Assembly: GCA_016930485.1 (NCBI GenBank)
Contig: JAFGGP010000051.1
Span: 1 to 56,984 of the forward strand
Length of the DNA stretch: 56,984 nt
Source: Candidatus Omnitrophota bacterium
Lineage (GTDB): Bacteria; Omnitrophota; Gorgyraeia; JAFGGP01
Direction: 5' to 3'
Shown here: positions 39,905 through 48,308 of the stretch, piece by piece
How the letters are laid out: each line of letters starts with the position of its first letter
Numbering within the stretch: the stretch's first letter is position 1
Position numbers and translations under genes: made by a program
Notes under the pieces: model-generated
Told to the model about the DNA's origin: nothing
The model's input: the letters and a program-made list of their open reading frames with translations, nothing else
The model's database searches: none

Positions 39905-40273
39905 ATCGTCTTTGTCTATTGAGGGTGAATAACGTAACGCTATGTATGGAGTGTCTGCGTGCTTATTATATACTGTTTTTTAAAAAGAGGTATTGAAAAA
40001 TATATAGTTACGATAAAATATGTGCACCCACATGCAGCGCCCCTTTTTCTCATCGAACCACAAATAAGCGCGCAAGACCTGCAGGCAACAGGTACCTTGT
40101 GCTTATTTTGTTAATATAGGGCCTTCAACCTCTGCATTGCTCTTAGGTGCAGGAAGACCGCCGGAGGGACGTTCTCTGATAAGTTTTAACTCATTTATTT
40201 ATAGCACGTTAAGATAGATATATGCGCGGCCTGACCTCTCCTTTAATGCGGTATGGCGCGTATGTCATTATTC

Positions 40274-40311
40274 AAAAAAATGTCCGAGAGCCATTTCTTG
40301 ATCTCTCAGAC
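40274..40311 (-). terminator. Intrinsic terminator after miaB
   Basis: 9-bp stem GTCTGAGAG/CTCTCGGAC (one G:U) followed by A-T7 on the minus strand. Confidence 0.6.
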
Positions 40312-40331
40312 GGTTGTTAGAACCGTGGTTC

Positions 40332-41648
40332 TCAAAATGCACGGTGCGCGCGGCCGGTCAATGTGAAATCGCCCTGCCCGGTAATCTCTACCGGGATATA
40401 CTCACCGATACAGTTTCCGTTTGCCGCAAAGACCACCTTCTTGTGGGCGCGGCTCCTCCCCATGACCTCTCCCCTGCTTTTTTTTGCCGGTGTCTCGACG
40501 AGCACCTCAAGGGTGGTGCCGATAAGGCACTGGTTATTGGCCGCGGTTATCTCTTTCTGGAGGCTAAGAAGGATTTGATTTCTCTCTTCCTTTACCTTTT
40601 TTGGGACGTCATCCGTCAAAGCGGCCGCTTTCGTTTTCTCACGCGGCGAATACTTGAAGATAAAGCTGTCATCGAATTGGATTTTTTTCATCACGTTCAC
40701 GGTCGCCTGAAAATCCTCCTCTGACTCACCCGGGAACCCAACGATAACATCCGTCGTCAGACTGCCGGCAGGGATATTCTCTTTAAAGGAGCGCGCGATA
40801 TCAAGAAAGTGTCCGACTGCATAGCCCCGTCCCATCGTCTCCAGTATTCTGTCCGAACCCGACTGAATCGGCAGGTGCAGGTGCTCGCACACGCTCTCGA
40901 GGTCGCGCATGGCACTGATGAGGTCGGGCGAGATATCCTTTGGGTGAGACGTGAGAAAGCGGATTCTTTTTTTATAGGGCAGGCTGTCCAACCTCTCCAA
41001 AAGACGTGCTATAGTGATGCCGTCTGCCAAATTCTTCCCGTAGGAATTAACATTCTGGCCAAGGAGGGTTATCTCCTTTACCCCGTTATCTAAAAGCTGG
41101 GCCACCTCGTTTACAATATCGGTGACCTCACGGCTGCGTTCCCTGCCCCTGACATAGGGTACCACGCAGTACGTACAGAAGTTGTCGCACCCGCGCATAA
41201 TCGCGACATACGCCTTGAGTCTCTTTTTCTGTCCCGTGACACTCTTCCCTGCTCTCCCGTCTAGCTCGCAGGCGATAACCGGCCCGCGCCCCCCCCTGAT
41301 CTCTTCAACAAAGGCAGGGATATCCCACATCCGGTCAGGGCCACAGATGAGGTCGACAAACGGTGCCTTCTCAAGAAGGGCCTCGCCATAGTTCTGGGCC
41401 ATGCATCCGATAATGCCGATTATTTTTTCAGGGTGTTTCTCTTTAAGGGGACGCAAGGCCATAACATTGCCGAAGGCACGCTCCTCGGCGTGTGCCCTGA
41501 CACTGCAGGTATTAAAGAGGATGATATCGGCCTCATCTGGGGTGCCGGCCGGCATATATCCCGCCTTCCCCAGCATCGCCTCCACTATCTCTGAGTCGTA
41601 GGCGTTCATCTGACAGCCAAAAACTTTCAGGTAAACTTTTTTATGCAT
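40332..41648 (-). CDS. miaB: tRNA-2-methylthio-N6-dimethylallyladenosine synthase
   Basis: FGCQMN, NTCSVR, GCMAQ, radical SAM GCDNFCTYC, LLGQNVNSYG, C-terminal TRAM. Confidence 0.95.
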   Translation of the reverse strand: MHKKVYLKVFGCQMNAYDSEIVEAMLGKAGYMPAGTPDEADIILFNTCSVRAHAEERAFGNVMALRPLKEKHPEKIIGIIGCMAQNYGEALLEKAPFVDLICGPDRMWDIPAFVEEIRGGRGPVIACELDGRAGKSVTGQKKRLKAYVAIMRGCDNFCTYCVVPYVRGRERSREVTDIVNEVAQLLDNGVKEITLLGQNVNSYGKNLADGITIARLLERLDSLPYKKRIRFLTSHPKDISPDLISAMRDLESVCEHLHLPIQSGSDRILETMGRGYAVGHFLDIARSFKENIPAGSLTTDVIVGFPGESEEDFQATVNVMKKIQFDDSFIFKYSPREKTKAAALTDDVPKKVKEERNQILLSLQKEITAANNQCLIGTTLEVLVETPAKKSRGEVMGRSRAHKKVVFAANGNCIGEYIPVEITGQGDFTLTGRAHRAF

Positions 41649-41651
41649 TTT

Positions 41652-42134
41652 TTATTCCAATTTTACTCGCTTTGGTAGTTTTCCGCTTTTAAAATGCTTA
41701 TCCAGCCAACCATTTTTCACATTCTCCCTTGAGTCAAAATGTGAAATATAGGGTTTAATATCCAACAGGGGTGTGCCATCTAATATATCAACTTCTGAAA
41801 AAGTAATTATATTTTTCTCAAGCTTCACTAACTTCACAATAGAAATACCAATATGATTTGGCCTATGGGGGCTTCTTATGGCAAATATACCGTGCGTTTC
41901 ATCTTCAAGGAAGGGTTTGCTAATAAGCGTCTCCTTTGTAGATCTATCAAAATAATAGATTAGAATAATATGCGAAAACTCTTTAATATCTTTAAGACCC
42001 TGTTGGTATTCTAGAAATACCTCCGTCTGCCCTGTAATGTCTTTTTCAAACTTACCCTGAATAGGTATGCCTTTTGGTTCTTTATATGGCGTATGAATTA
42101 TACCTATGGGTTTTATTCTAATGTCGTTTTTCAT
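41652..42134 (-). CDS. tsaA: TsaA/TrmO-family tRNA methyltransferase
   Basis: PIGIIHTPY, GIFAIRSPHRPNHIG, DGTPLLDIKPY. Confidence 0.9.
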   Translation of the reverse strand: MKNDIRIKPIGIIHTPYKEPKGIPIQGKFEKDITGQTEVFLEYQQGLKDIKEFSHIILIYYFDRSTKETLISKPFLEDETHGIFAIRSPHRPNHIGISIVKLVKLEKNIITFSEVDILDGTPLLDIKPYISHFDSRENVKNGWLDKHFKSGKLPKRVKLE

Positions 42135-42135
42135 A

Positions 42136-42456
42136 TTAGAACGTCACAACCTTATCAGTTTCCTTAATGATATCGTACATATCCTTCATAGTAGAAATCG
42201 GGCACATATTCGATTCTTCTTGCTCTCTCGATTTCATACAGCTTCCGCAAGCATAGATTTTTCCACTTGACTGTATAAACTGTGCAGCCTGATCAACAGT
42301 GTTAAACTTCTCTGTGCTGACCTTCTGATACTCAACACCTTTGCTCATGAAAAATACCCTAACCTCGTCACCCTGCCCGAGAGCGAAATTGCCATAACGC
42401 AAAGCGTTCCAGCAGGTCTCAGCGTCGTTGCTTGAGATAACGATTCCTATTTTCAT
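42136..42456 (-). CDS. DsrE-family protein
   Basis: 106 aa; WNALR, V-x-VF-x-M-x-x-GV, ACGSC, KVVTF. Confidence 0.8.
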   Translation of the reverse strand: MKIGIVISSNDAETCWNALRYGNFALGQGDEVRVFFMSKGVEYQKVSTEKFNTVDQAAQFIQSSGKIYACGSCMKSREQEESNMCPISTMKDMYDIIKETDKVVTF

Positions 42457-42473
42457 GTTACCCCCTTTTTTAT

Positions 42474-43274
42474 CTAAACATTATTTTTGTTAAGAAAAAT
42501 ATCGCTCCGCAGTATCCCATATTTTGTAAAACATGCACGTGATGTCATTAAAATTGTCAAAAGAACACTTATTATCGTACTCACGACAATACTGATCATG
42601 ATCATTATCTGATACTTAATAGCGACCTCCGGGCTTGCTCCGCCAAGAATAACCCCGGTCATCATGCCGGGAAGCGCCACAATTCCTATGGTAGCCATCG
42701 AGGCAATCGTTGGTTTCAGCGCAAGGCGGATGCTTTCTTTCATGTACGGCCGCGCGGCTTCATGACAAGTGGCTCCCAGCGAAAGTACATAAAGATACTT
42801 TTTCGCGTCTTTCCAGAGACTTTTATAGAAAGTGTCAATACCCACAATATTGCCTCTTAAAGAATTACCCAACAGCATTCCGCCAAGGACGATCAAATAT
42901 CTGGCATCAAAAATATGATCAAGCCGTATGACAAATATATTGACGTAAAAGATAACCGCGAATGTTGCAAAAGCGAACGACACAAAAACCGGTACAAGGA
43001 TTTTACCCGGCTTCATCGACGACCCGCGAATGGCTGAAAAAACCGCGACCAGTATCATCACAACAAGCCACAAAAAATTGATGAGCGCGTTATTCCATAA
43101 AAACAGATATTTCAAGAAAATGCCGATAAGAACAAGCTGAATAGTCATTCTTCCCGCGGAAGTCAAAAGTGGCTTTATAAGGCCAAGGCGATAAACCCAG
43201 CTTAAAATAACCGGCACTGCCAGCAATAAAAACACTAATAAAAGTGAATAAACAGAAATGTCTATTGTTTCCAC
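42474..43274 (-). CDS. ABC transporter permease, UPF0014/FetB-like
   Basis: RMTIQLVLIG, GMLLGNS, GIVALPGMMTGVILGG. Confidence 0.85.
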   Translation of the reverse strand: METIDISVYSLLLVFLLLAVPVILSWVYRLGLIKPLLTSAGRMTIQLVLIGIFLKYLFLWNNALINFLWLVVMILVAVFSAIRGSSMKPGKILVPVFVSFAFATFAVIFYVNIFVIRLDHIFDARYLIVLGGMLLGNSLRGNIVGIDTFYKSLWKDAKKYLYVLSLGATCHEAARPYMKESIRLALKPTIASMATIGIVALPGMMTGVILGGASPEVAIKYQIMIMISIVVSTIISVLLTILMTSRACFTKYGILRSDIFLNKNNV

Positions 43275-43900
43275 GCTTTTTTCTCCAGATCAAAAACTTT
43301 CACATTAGGATTATCCAGCCATACAGCGTCATGCGAGATGCTAACAACCGTCCAGTCTTCACGCCCTATAAAAAAATCAGCGGTCTTTTTCTTGAGATTT
43401 TTATCCAACGCCGATGTAACCTCATCCAGAAGGAAAACTCTCCGACTCAATAAAACTGAAACTATAATAGCGACCCTCTGTCTTTCGCCGCCTGAGAGTG
43501 CAGAAATATCTTTATCAAGCAGATCATGACTTAATTCAAAAAAATCCATTAATTCGTTGACCCTTTCCTCACCGAAATTCAAAGAATGATTCGATTTTAT
43601 CCCGGCAACAAAAGAAAACCAATCCGACACTTTATAATCACCGATACTGACATCTTGATCGACAAACGCTACATTTTGTCTCACGTGCCAGATCGTGTGT
43701 TCATCAACAGGTGCCCCATCGAAAAGCACTTTCCCGCTTTTAGGCTGAATAAACCCAAGAATAAGTCCAAAAAGTGAGGACTTTCCAAGGCCGGATTTTC
43801 CCAAAAGAACAACCTTCTCACCTTTAACAATCTCAAGGGAGAAATCGTTAAAAATCGCCCTATCGTCAAAATCTAATTTTATTTTGTTATATTTGATCAT
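43262..43900 (-). CDS. ABC transporter ATP-binding protein, FetA-like
   Basis: GKSGLGKS, LSGGERQR, LLDEVTSALD. Confidence 0.9.
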   Translation of the reverse strand: MIKYNKIKLDFDDRAIFNDFSLEIVKGEKVVLLGKSGLGKSSLFGLILGFIQPKSGKVLFDGAPVDEHTIWHVRQNVAFVDQDVSIGDYKVSDWFSFVAGIKSNHSLNFGEERVNELMDFFELSHDLLDKDISALSGGERQRVAIIVSVLLSRRVFLLDEVTSALDKNLKKKTADFFIGREDWTVVSISHDAVWLDNPNVKVFDLEKKAWKQ

Positions 43901-44169
43901 AATAAGAACTCACATAATTCGTCTAGCAAGCTATTTTGTAACACATTGATTTATAATGAGTTATATGCTACATAATATTGCTGAGATAACCAATGATGCT
44001 CGTATAATACTGCGTCCATCGGTCAGCTGAATGTCCTCATATAAAGACGTTTTGATATCATGCCTGCCCTCCCCGTCTTAGATTTCGCAGAAATCTGGGG
44101 AGGATCCGAGCCGTCTCGTCCTGAGAGACTGCTTGTCAGCGTTTACCCCGCATGTCTTGACCTGCACAG

Positions 44170-44661
44170 TCATCCCCGAAGCAGCATGAGCAATAAAACC
44201 GAGGTTAAAAAAATAACTGTGGATATACGCCATTTTTTATAATAGGCAAGGCCTTCCTCAGTCAATATCTCTTTCGATGGCATTGGAATTCTTCTTATGT
44301 TTTTAGCATGGCCTATTTCTTTGAATTTTTCTTCCGATATGCAATTCCTGACTTTTGCTTGACAGTGAAGGCCGTAGGCAAAACTCGAGGCGGTTAAAAG
44401 TGTTAAAGGTAATGAAGCTGAATTAAGCGCCGCCCATTTCTGCAATAGTTCTTTTCCACCTGTAAAGACAATAAGAATTCCAAGGATAACAAACATTCCT
44501 ATAAAAGATACGATAAATATCCCGGAGCGATTATATTTTTTATAGTAGGCTTCTTTATCTTCCTTTGCCTCTTTTAAAAACCTAAAAACCAAAAATAAAG
44601 TCGTTGGAAAAATAATAACGATTAAAAAAAGCGTAAATATGACAGCTAGTTTATCGGCCAT
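44170..44661 (-). CDS. Hypothetical membrane protein
   Basis: 163-aa ORF with 3-4 hydrophobic segments and a GGAGG RBS; AT-rich. Confidence 0.65.
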   Translation of the reverse strand: MADKLAVIFTLFLIVIIFPTTLFLVFRFLKEAKEDKEAYYKKYNRSGIFIVSFIGMFVILGILIVFTGGKELLQKWAALNSASLPLTLLTASSFAYGLHCQAKVRNCISEEKFKEIGHAKNIRRIPMPSKEILTEEGLAYYKKWRISTVIFLTSVLLLMLLRG

Positions 44662-44682
44662 TTTCCCTCCTTTTATCTTTCT

Positions 44683-45444
44683 TCATTTCTCCGCTACAAC
44701 CAGCATCTCGAAATCCTCTGGAGTCAGTTTATCCTTCCTTGAGTATGCCCCCAATTTGACCCCAAAAATTTCTATTTTCTTATACCCCAGTGTTTTCAAA
44801 AGCCATCTTATCTCACTCGGCACGTAATACCGTTCATTGCATTTTAGTTCTTTTTTATTGCCTAAATCATCTTCAAACACAACAGTATTATAATCACGGA
44901 ACGTCATCAGATCAAAGGAGCAATCCTTGCACTGAGACTGCCCTTCTTTCTGTGCCGACTCATAAAATTCTTTAACCGAATGGAACAGCGGAAACAATCC
45001 GTTTAATGCGGTGAAAATGAGCTTGCCTTTATCTTTCAGTGCTTTTGTTACGTTTTTGAGTATCTCAAAGTTCATCTCGTCCGTTTCCATAAGAGAAAAA
45101 CCGCCTTCACAGAGCATGATCGCCAAATCAAACTCACCTTCAAACGGAAGATTCCGGGCGTCTTGTGTTTGGAAATCGATCGCCAACCCGGCTTCTTGTG
45201 CTTTTTCTTTTGCCCTTTTGATCTGATTATCGGATAAATCAACACCAGTTACGCTATATCCCCTTTTCGTTAATTCAATCGCGTGACGGCCGGTACCGCA
45301 ACCGATATCTAGTATCTCCAGGGAGTTATCCTGCGTTATTTCTTGTTCAATAAAATCGCATTCTCCCAGAGTCCCTTGAACAAAACACTCCTGATCATAC
45401 TTCTTCGCATAACTTTCAAATAATGCCTCATACCATTGTTTCAT
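44683..45444 (-). CDS. Class I SAM-dependent methyltransferase
   Basis: ILDIGCGTGRH, GVDLS; GGAAGGAG RBS before ATG 45444. Confidence 0.9.
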   Translation of the reverse strand: MKQWYEALFESYAKKYDQECFVQGTLGECDFIEQEITQDNSLEILDIGCGTGRHAIELTKRGYSVTGVDLSDNQIKRAKEKAQEAGLAIDFQTQDARNLPFEGEFDLAIMLCEGGFSLMETDEMNFEILKNVTKALKDKGKLIFTALNGLFPLFHSVKEFYESAQKEGQSQCKDCSFDLMTFRDYNTVVFEDDLGNKKELKCNERYYVPSEIRWLLKTLGYKKIEIFGVKLGAYSRKDKLTPEDFEMLVVAEK

Positions 45445-45542
45445 TGTTATCTCCTTCCATTTAGCAAAAATAATGCAGATAGTTGGCAATGGTTGTTAAT
45501 GGTTCACCTATCTGCTAACCAAAACTGCGAAAGTAAAATTTT

Positions 45543-46961
45543 TCAAATATCTTCCTCGCATACCCATAACACTACCTTATGTTCATTATACTTATTTTTA
45601 TACTGTCTCTGGAGTAATGTCTCTTGCATTTTTTCATAATCGAATTTATCTTTATCGGTATATTTCACAATGCAAACGAAACGTGGCAACTCTCTTTTAA
45701 CAAAAATGTCAGGTTCCTTATTAGAGAAAACGAGTGTTTCGATACCAGAATAAAAACTGACAGGAGAAACTGTGTTCGTATACAGAATGTCTTTCGGCGA
45801 AGCCATCTTCGCAATCTGCATGCCAGCCTGATATGGCCCCGGAAATCTAAAAATATGTAACTTAGCGAAATAACCCAAACCGAATAACACAAACGATGCG
45901 GTCAGAATAATCTGCCACTGTTTTTTGAGTCGCCCGACAACCAAAGCGGCAATCAATGCCATCGCGGGAGTCAGATATTGCAGTGTCCAAACGTGGATAT
46001 AAGCTGCGTGAGGGGTCATGAGGGGCAATGCGGCACCAAATAGCAATAGCATACGTGCTACCAGATTGACCTCGTCGGTCATTCGAATCTTTTTTTTGCG
46101 CACCATATGTATCCATAATGCCAAACACAGAACGCCGCAGGGAGTAAAATTTAAAATAACATTTTTTATTAACGTCCGATAGAATCCGATATGTAATAGA
46201 AGAGAACGGTGCTGGCAGTGATAGAAAAATCCGCTTAACTGTCTGTTGAGTGAAAACGGGACAGTTTTAATAAAAAATAAAAAAATGCCGACAATAGTTA
46301 AAACTGCCAAAAGCATTAATCCGGCATAAGCGGCAGCGCCTTTCTTTTTATAACGAATATATAACGCCGGGGACAACAAAAACAAAACAAACGGCCAATC
46401 GCTCAATACGCCTAAGACGGAAATAAAGGCGAGCATAAGGGCGAAAAACAGTTTCCCGGTGTGAATGAATTGTACAAATAGATAGAGGAAAACTATAGAT
46501 AGACCAAGAGTAATTGCTTCATAATTAACAATACGTCCATAATAATTGAACATCGGCATAAGAGACATAAAAAACATGCTTAATAAAGCGGTTTTTCTGT
46601 CGGCAATGCCTTTGACCAATAAAAAGAAAAATATGAGGCCCGATAATGAAAAAACGATCGGGATCAGGCGGGCGCTCCATTCATGAATGCCAAAAAATTT
46701 AAAAGATAACGCTAAGAGGAGCGGCACAAGAGGCGGGTGCAAAATATAATAATTTGGTCTACCGCCCAACATATCCATTATCGGCAATCCCCTGCTTATT
46801 TTGAGACCATATAAAAGATGGTGTTTCGCAAAAAGTTCAAGAATCCCCACTTCCCAGGCTTTAACATATGGCAAAAATAAACCCCAACATAGGAGGACGC
46901 CCGCCAGAATCGTGATAGCGCCTGCGATTTTTATCTCTTGGGTCAGAACGTATTTTTTCAT
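45543..46961 (-). CDS. ArnT/PMT-like (GT-C) membrane glycosyltransferase
   Basis: HPPL, EWSARL, multiple TMs, YEA, LSDWP. Confidence 0.8.
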   Translation of the reverse strand: MKKYVLTQEIKIAGAITILAGVLLCWGLFLPYVKAWEVGILELFAKHHLLYGLKISRGLPIMDMLGGRPNYYILHPPLVPLLLALSFKFFGIHEWSARLIPIVFSLSGLIFFFLLVKGIADRKTALLSMFFMSLMPMFNYYGRIVNYEAITLGLSIVFLYLFVQFIHTGKLFFALMLAFISVLGVLSDWPFVLFLLSPALYIRYKKKGAAAYAGLMLLAVLTIVGIFLFFIKTVPFSLNRQLSGFFYHCQHRSLLLHIGFYRTLIKNVILNFTPCGVLCLALWIHMVRKKKIRMTDEVNLVARMLLLFGAALPLMTPHAAYIHVWTLQYLTPAMALIAALVVGRLKKQWQIILTASFVLFGLGYFAKLHIFRFPGPYQAGMQIAKMASPKDILYTNTVSPVSFYSGIETLVFSNKEPDIFVKRELPRFVCIVKYTDKDKFDYEKMQETLLQRQYKNKYNEHKVVLWVCEEDI

Positions 46962-47132
46962 TTCGAATACCGGCCCTTCACACTGCAGGTATCAAAAAAG
47001 ATAACGTCTACCTCTTGAGGCTTGGACGCAACCATATACCCCGCCTCTCCCACCAGTATCACCTCAACTATCTCTGAGTCGCGGCTGTTTATTTGACATC
47101 CAAATGTTTTTGATAAAACGTTTGGTTGTCAC
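46958..47132 (-). pseudogene. miaB: Degenerate miaB 5' fragment
   Basis: VTTKRFIK, a +1 shift in an A5 run, then TFGCQINSRDSEIVEVILVGEAGYMVASKPQEVDVIFFDTCSVKGRYSK*; aligns to the MiaB N-terminus; exact blocks 47067-47081=41584-41598 and 46980-46992=41500-41512. Confidence 0.88.
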
Positions 47133-47169
47133 GTCTTCACCGCCCTATACCCCTGGCAAATCACTCCCC

Positions 47170-47304
47170 TTACTTCTTATCCTCGCACTTGTTGCAGAGC
47201 TCGGGATCCTTGGCCGACGGGCGCACGCCGAATAGCCGTGTTGCAATCAACCGGTAGAGGATCCCCTCAAGCGGAACCCTGCATTTCTTGCATCGCCTCG
47301 TCAT
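47170..47304 (-). CDS. 44-aa small protein with two CxxC motifs (not in ORF track)
   Basis: MTRRCKKCRVPLEGILYRLIATRLFGVRPSAKDPELCNKCEDKK*; GGAGG RBS; co-directional between the GIY-YIG gene and the miaB fragment. Confidence 0.75.
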   Translation of the reverse strand: MTRRCKKCRVPLEGILYRLIATRLFGVRPSAKDPELCNKCEDKK

Positions 47305-47335
47305 AACCCCTCCGTCCTCTTATGGATGTCACGTT

Positions 47336-47644
47336 CTACTTCCCCGCCAGCGCCAATACCTTATCAAACCTCATCCCGTTAATCAATTTTTCCTTCTCTA
47401 GCCTCGTCAGCCGCTTTATCCTGTGTTCGGCACTCATCGCATAATGCAAATACCTATATTCCTTATACCAGACCAAGCAAACCGGCCCCTTTCCTCGCAC
47501 GTACTTCGCGCCGCGTTTGCCCGCGTTATGTTCCCTGAGGCGCCTCTCGAGGTTAGCTGTATAGCCGGCGTAATAGGTGCCGTTCTTGCATGTTACCAGA
47601 TACACACAATAATGATTCCGACGCCTGATCTTCCTTTTCATCAA
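47336..47644 (-). CDS. GIY-YIG nuclease, UPF0213 (YazA/YhbQ-like)
   Basis: VYLVTC-x-x-GTYYAGYT, RRLREHNAG, GAKY, AMSAEHRIK. Confidence 0.9.
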   Translation of the reverse strand: MMKRKIRRRNHYCVYLVTCKNGTYYAGYTANLERRLREHNAGKRGAKYVRGKGPVCLVWYKEYRYLHYAMSAEHRIKRLTRLEKEKLINGMRFDKVLALAGK

Positions 47645-48153
47645 AAGAGTCGCTGTTCTTTATCAAATCCTGGATATCTTCTGGTAAACCAAACATATAA
47701 AATAGCCGCGGGGATAAAAAACAATATGCATAACCGATACATCATAGCCGCCGAAACTAATCCATACAACGGATTAATCTTTAAGGGGTAAAACGGTTGG
47801 ATATCAGTGTATATTGGCGCATCACATAGGACATGCAGACATCCACCGGCCGCGCCTGAAAGAATGTCCGCCTTTAGTGAAGGAGAATAGGGCAATCGCA
47901 AAAAACGCATTAATCTTCCTAACGGTTGCCTCAATGCATAAGCCATGCCTCCCCATAACGAACCCACGATAAAACTACCTATAAACGTATGTACATAGCC
48001 GTGTACTGGATAATGTACATTAAAAAGCATAACAAGCAAAGGTTCGATATCGATTATGATATTGGCTAAAATAAAAGTTGGGACATCAAGTTTTCTCTGT
48101 AGCGGCAGCGCTACACACGCATGAACCCCGACATGAAATGGTGTAAACGGCAT
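47641..48153 (-). CDS. Membrane-bound metal-dependent hydrolase-like protein
   Basis: MPFTPFH, DIEP, H-x-x-x-HT, HVLCD, QPFYP. Confidence 0.7.
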   Translation of the reverse strand: MPFTPFHVGVHACVALPLQRKLDVPTFILANIIIDIEPLLVMLFNVHYPVHGYVHTFIGSFIVGSLWGGMAYALRQPLGRLMRFLRLPYSPSLKADILSGAAGGCLHVLCDAPIYTDIQPFYPLKINPLYGLVSAAMMYRLCILFFIPAAILYVWFTRRYPGFDKEQRLF

Positions 48154-48308
48154 AACCTGTGTACCCCTGATGATGGGTTATACGGTCGTCACGTCGCCGT
48201 ATTATTTCGTCACTACGCAATAATGAAACTGCATTAGTCCGCCTGGCGCCCGACAACACTGGTTGCATCCTGCTGCCGGTCAGCCAAAAGAGCTCAAAAA
48301 AATAGACG

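Larger units (their letters stand above)
41649..46971. mobile_element. Inserted accessory block bounded by intact miaB and a stranded miaB 5' fragment
   Basis: Visibly AT-rich cargo; miaB-homologous sequence at both ends; no integrase inside, so the mechanism is inferred. Confidence 0.6.

Noticed and set aside
43962-43990. dif-like site (TTATGTAGCAT on the minus strand)
   Set aside because: Only a weak XerD-like arm; no XerC arm ending in ATAA at the correct 6-bp spacing.
45461-45519. Integron attC-like hairpin (GCAGATAG/CTATCTGC)
   Set aside because: RYYYAAC and GTTRRRY boxes are not in the required order or consensus, and there is no integron integrase or second cassette site.
47336-47644. 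GIY-YIG as a homing endonuclease mobilising the miaB insert
   Set aside because: It is the short UPF0213 type with no DNA-binding extension and lies outside the inserted block.
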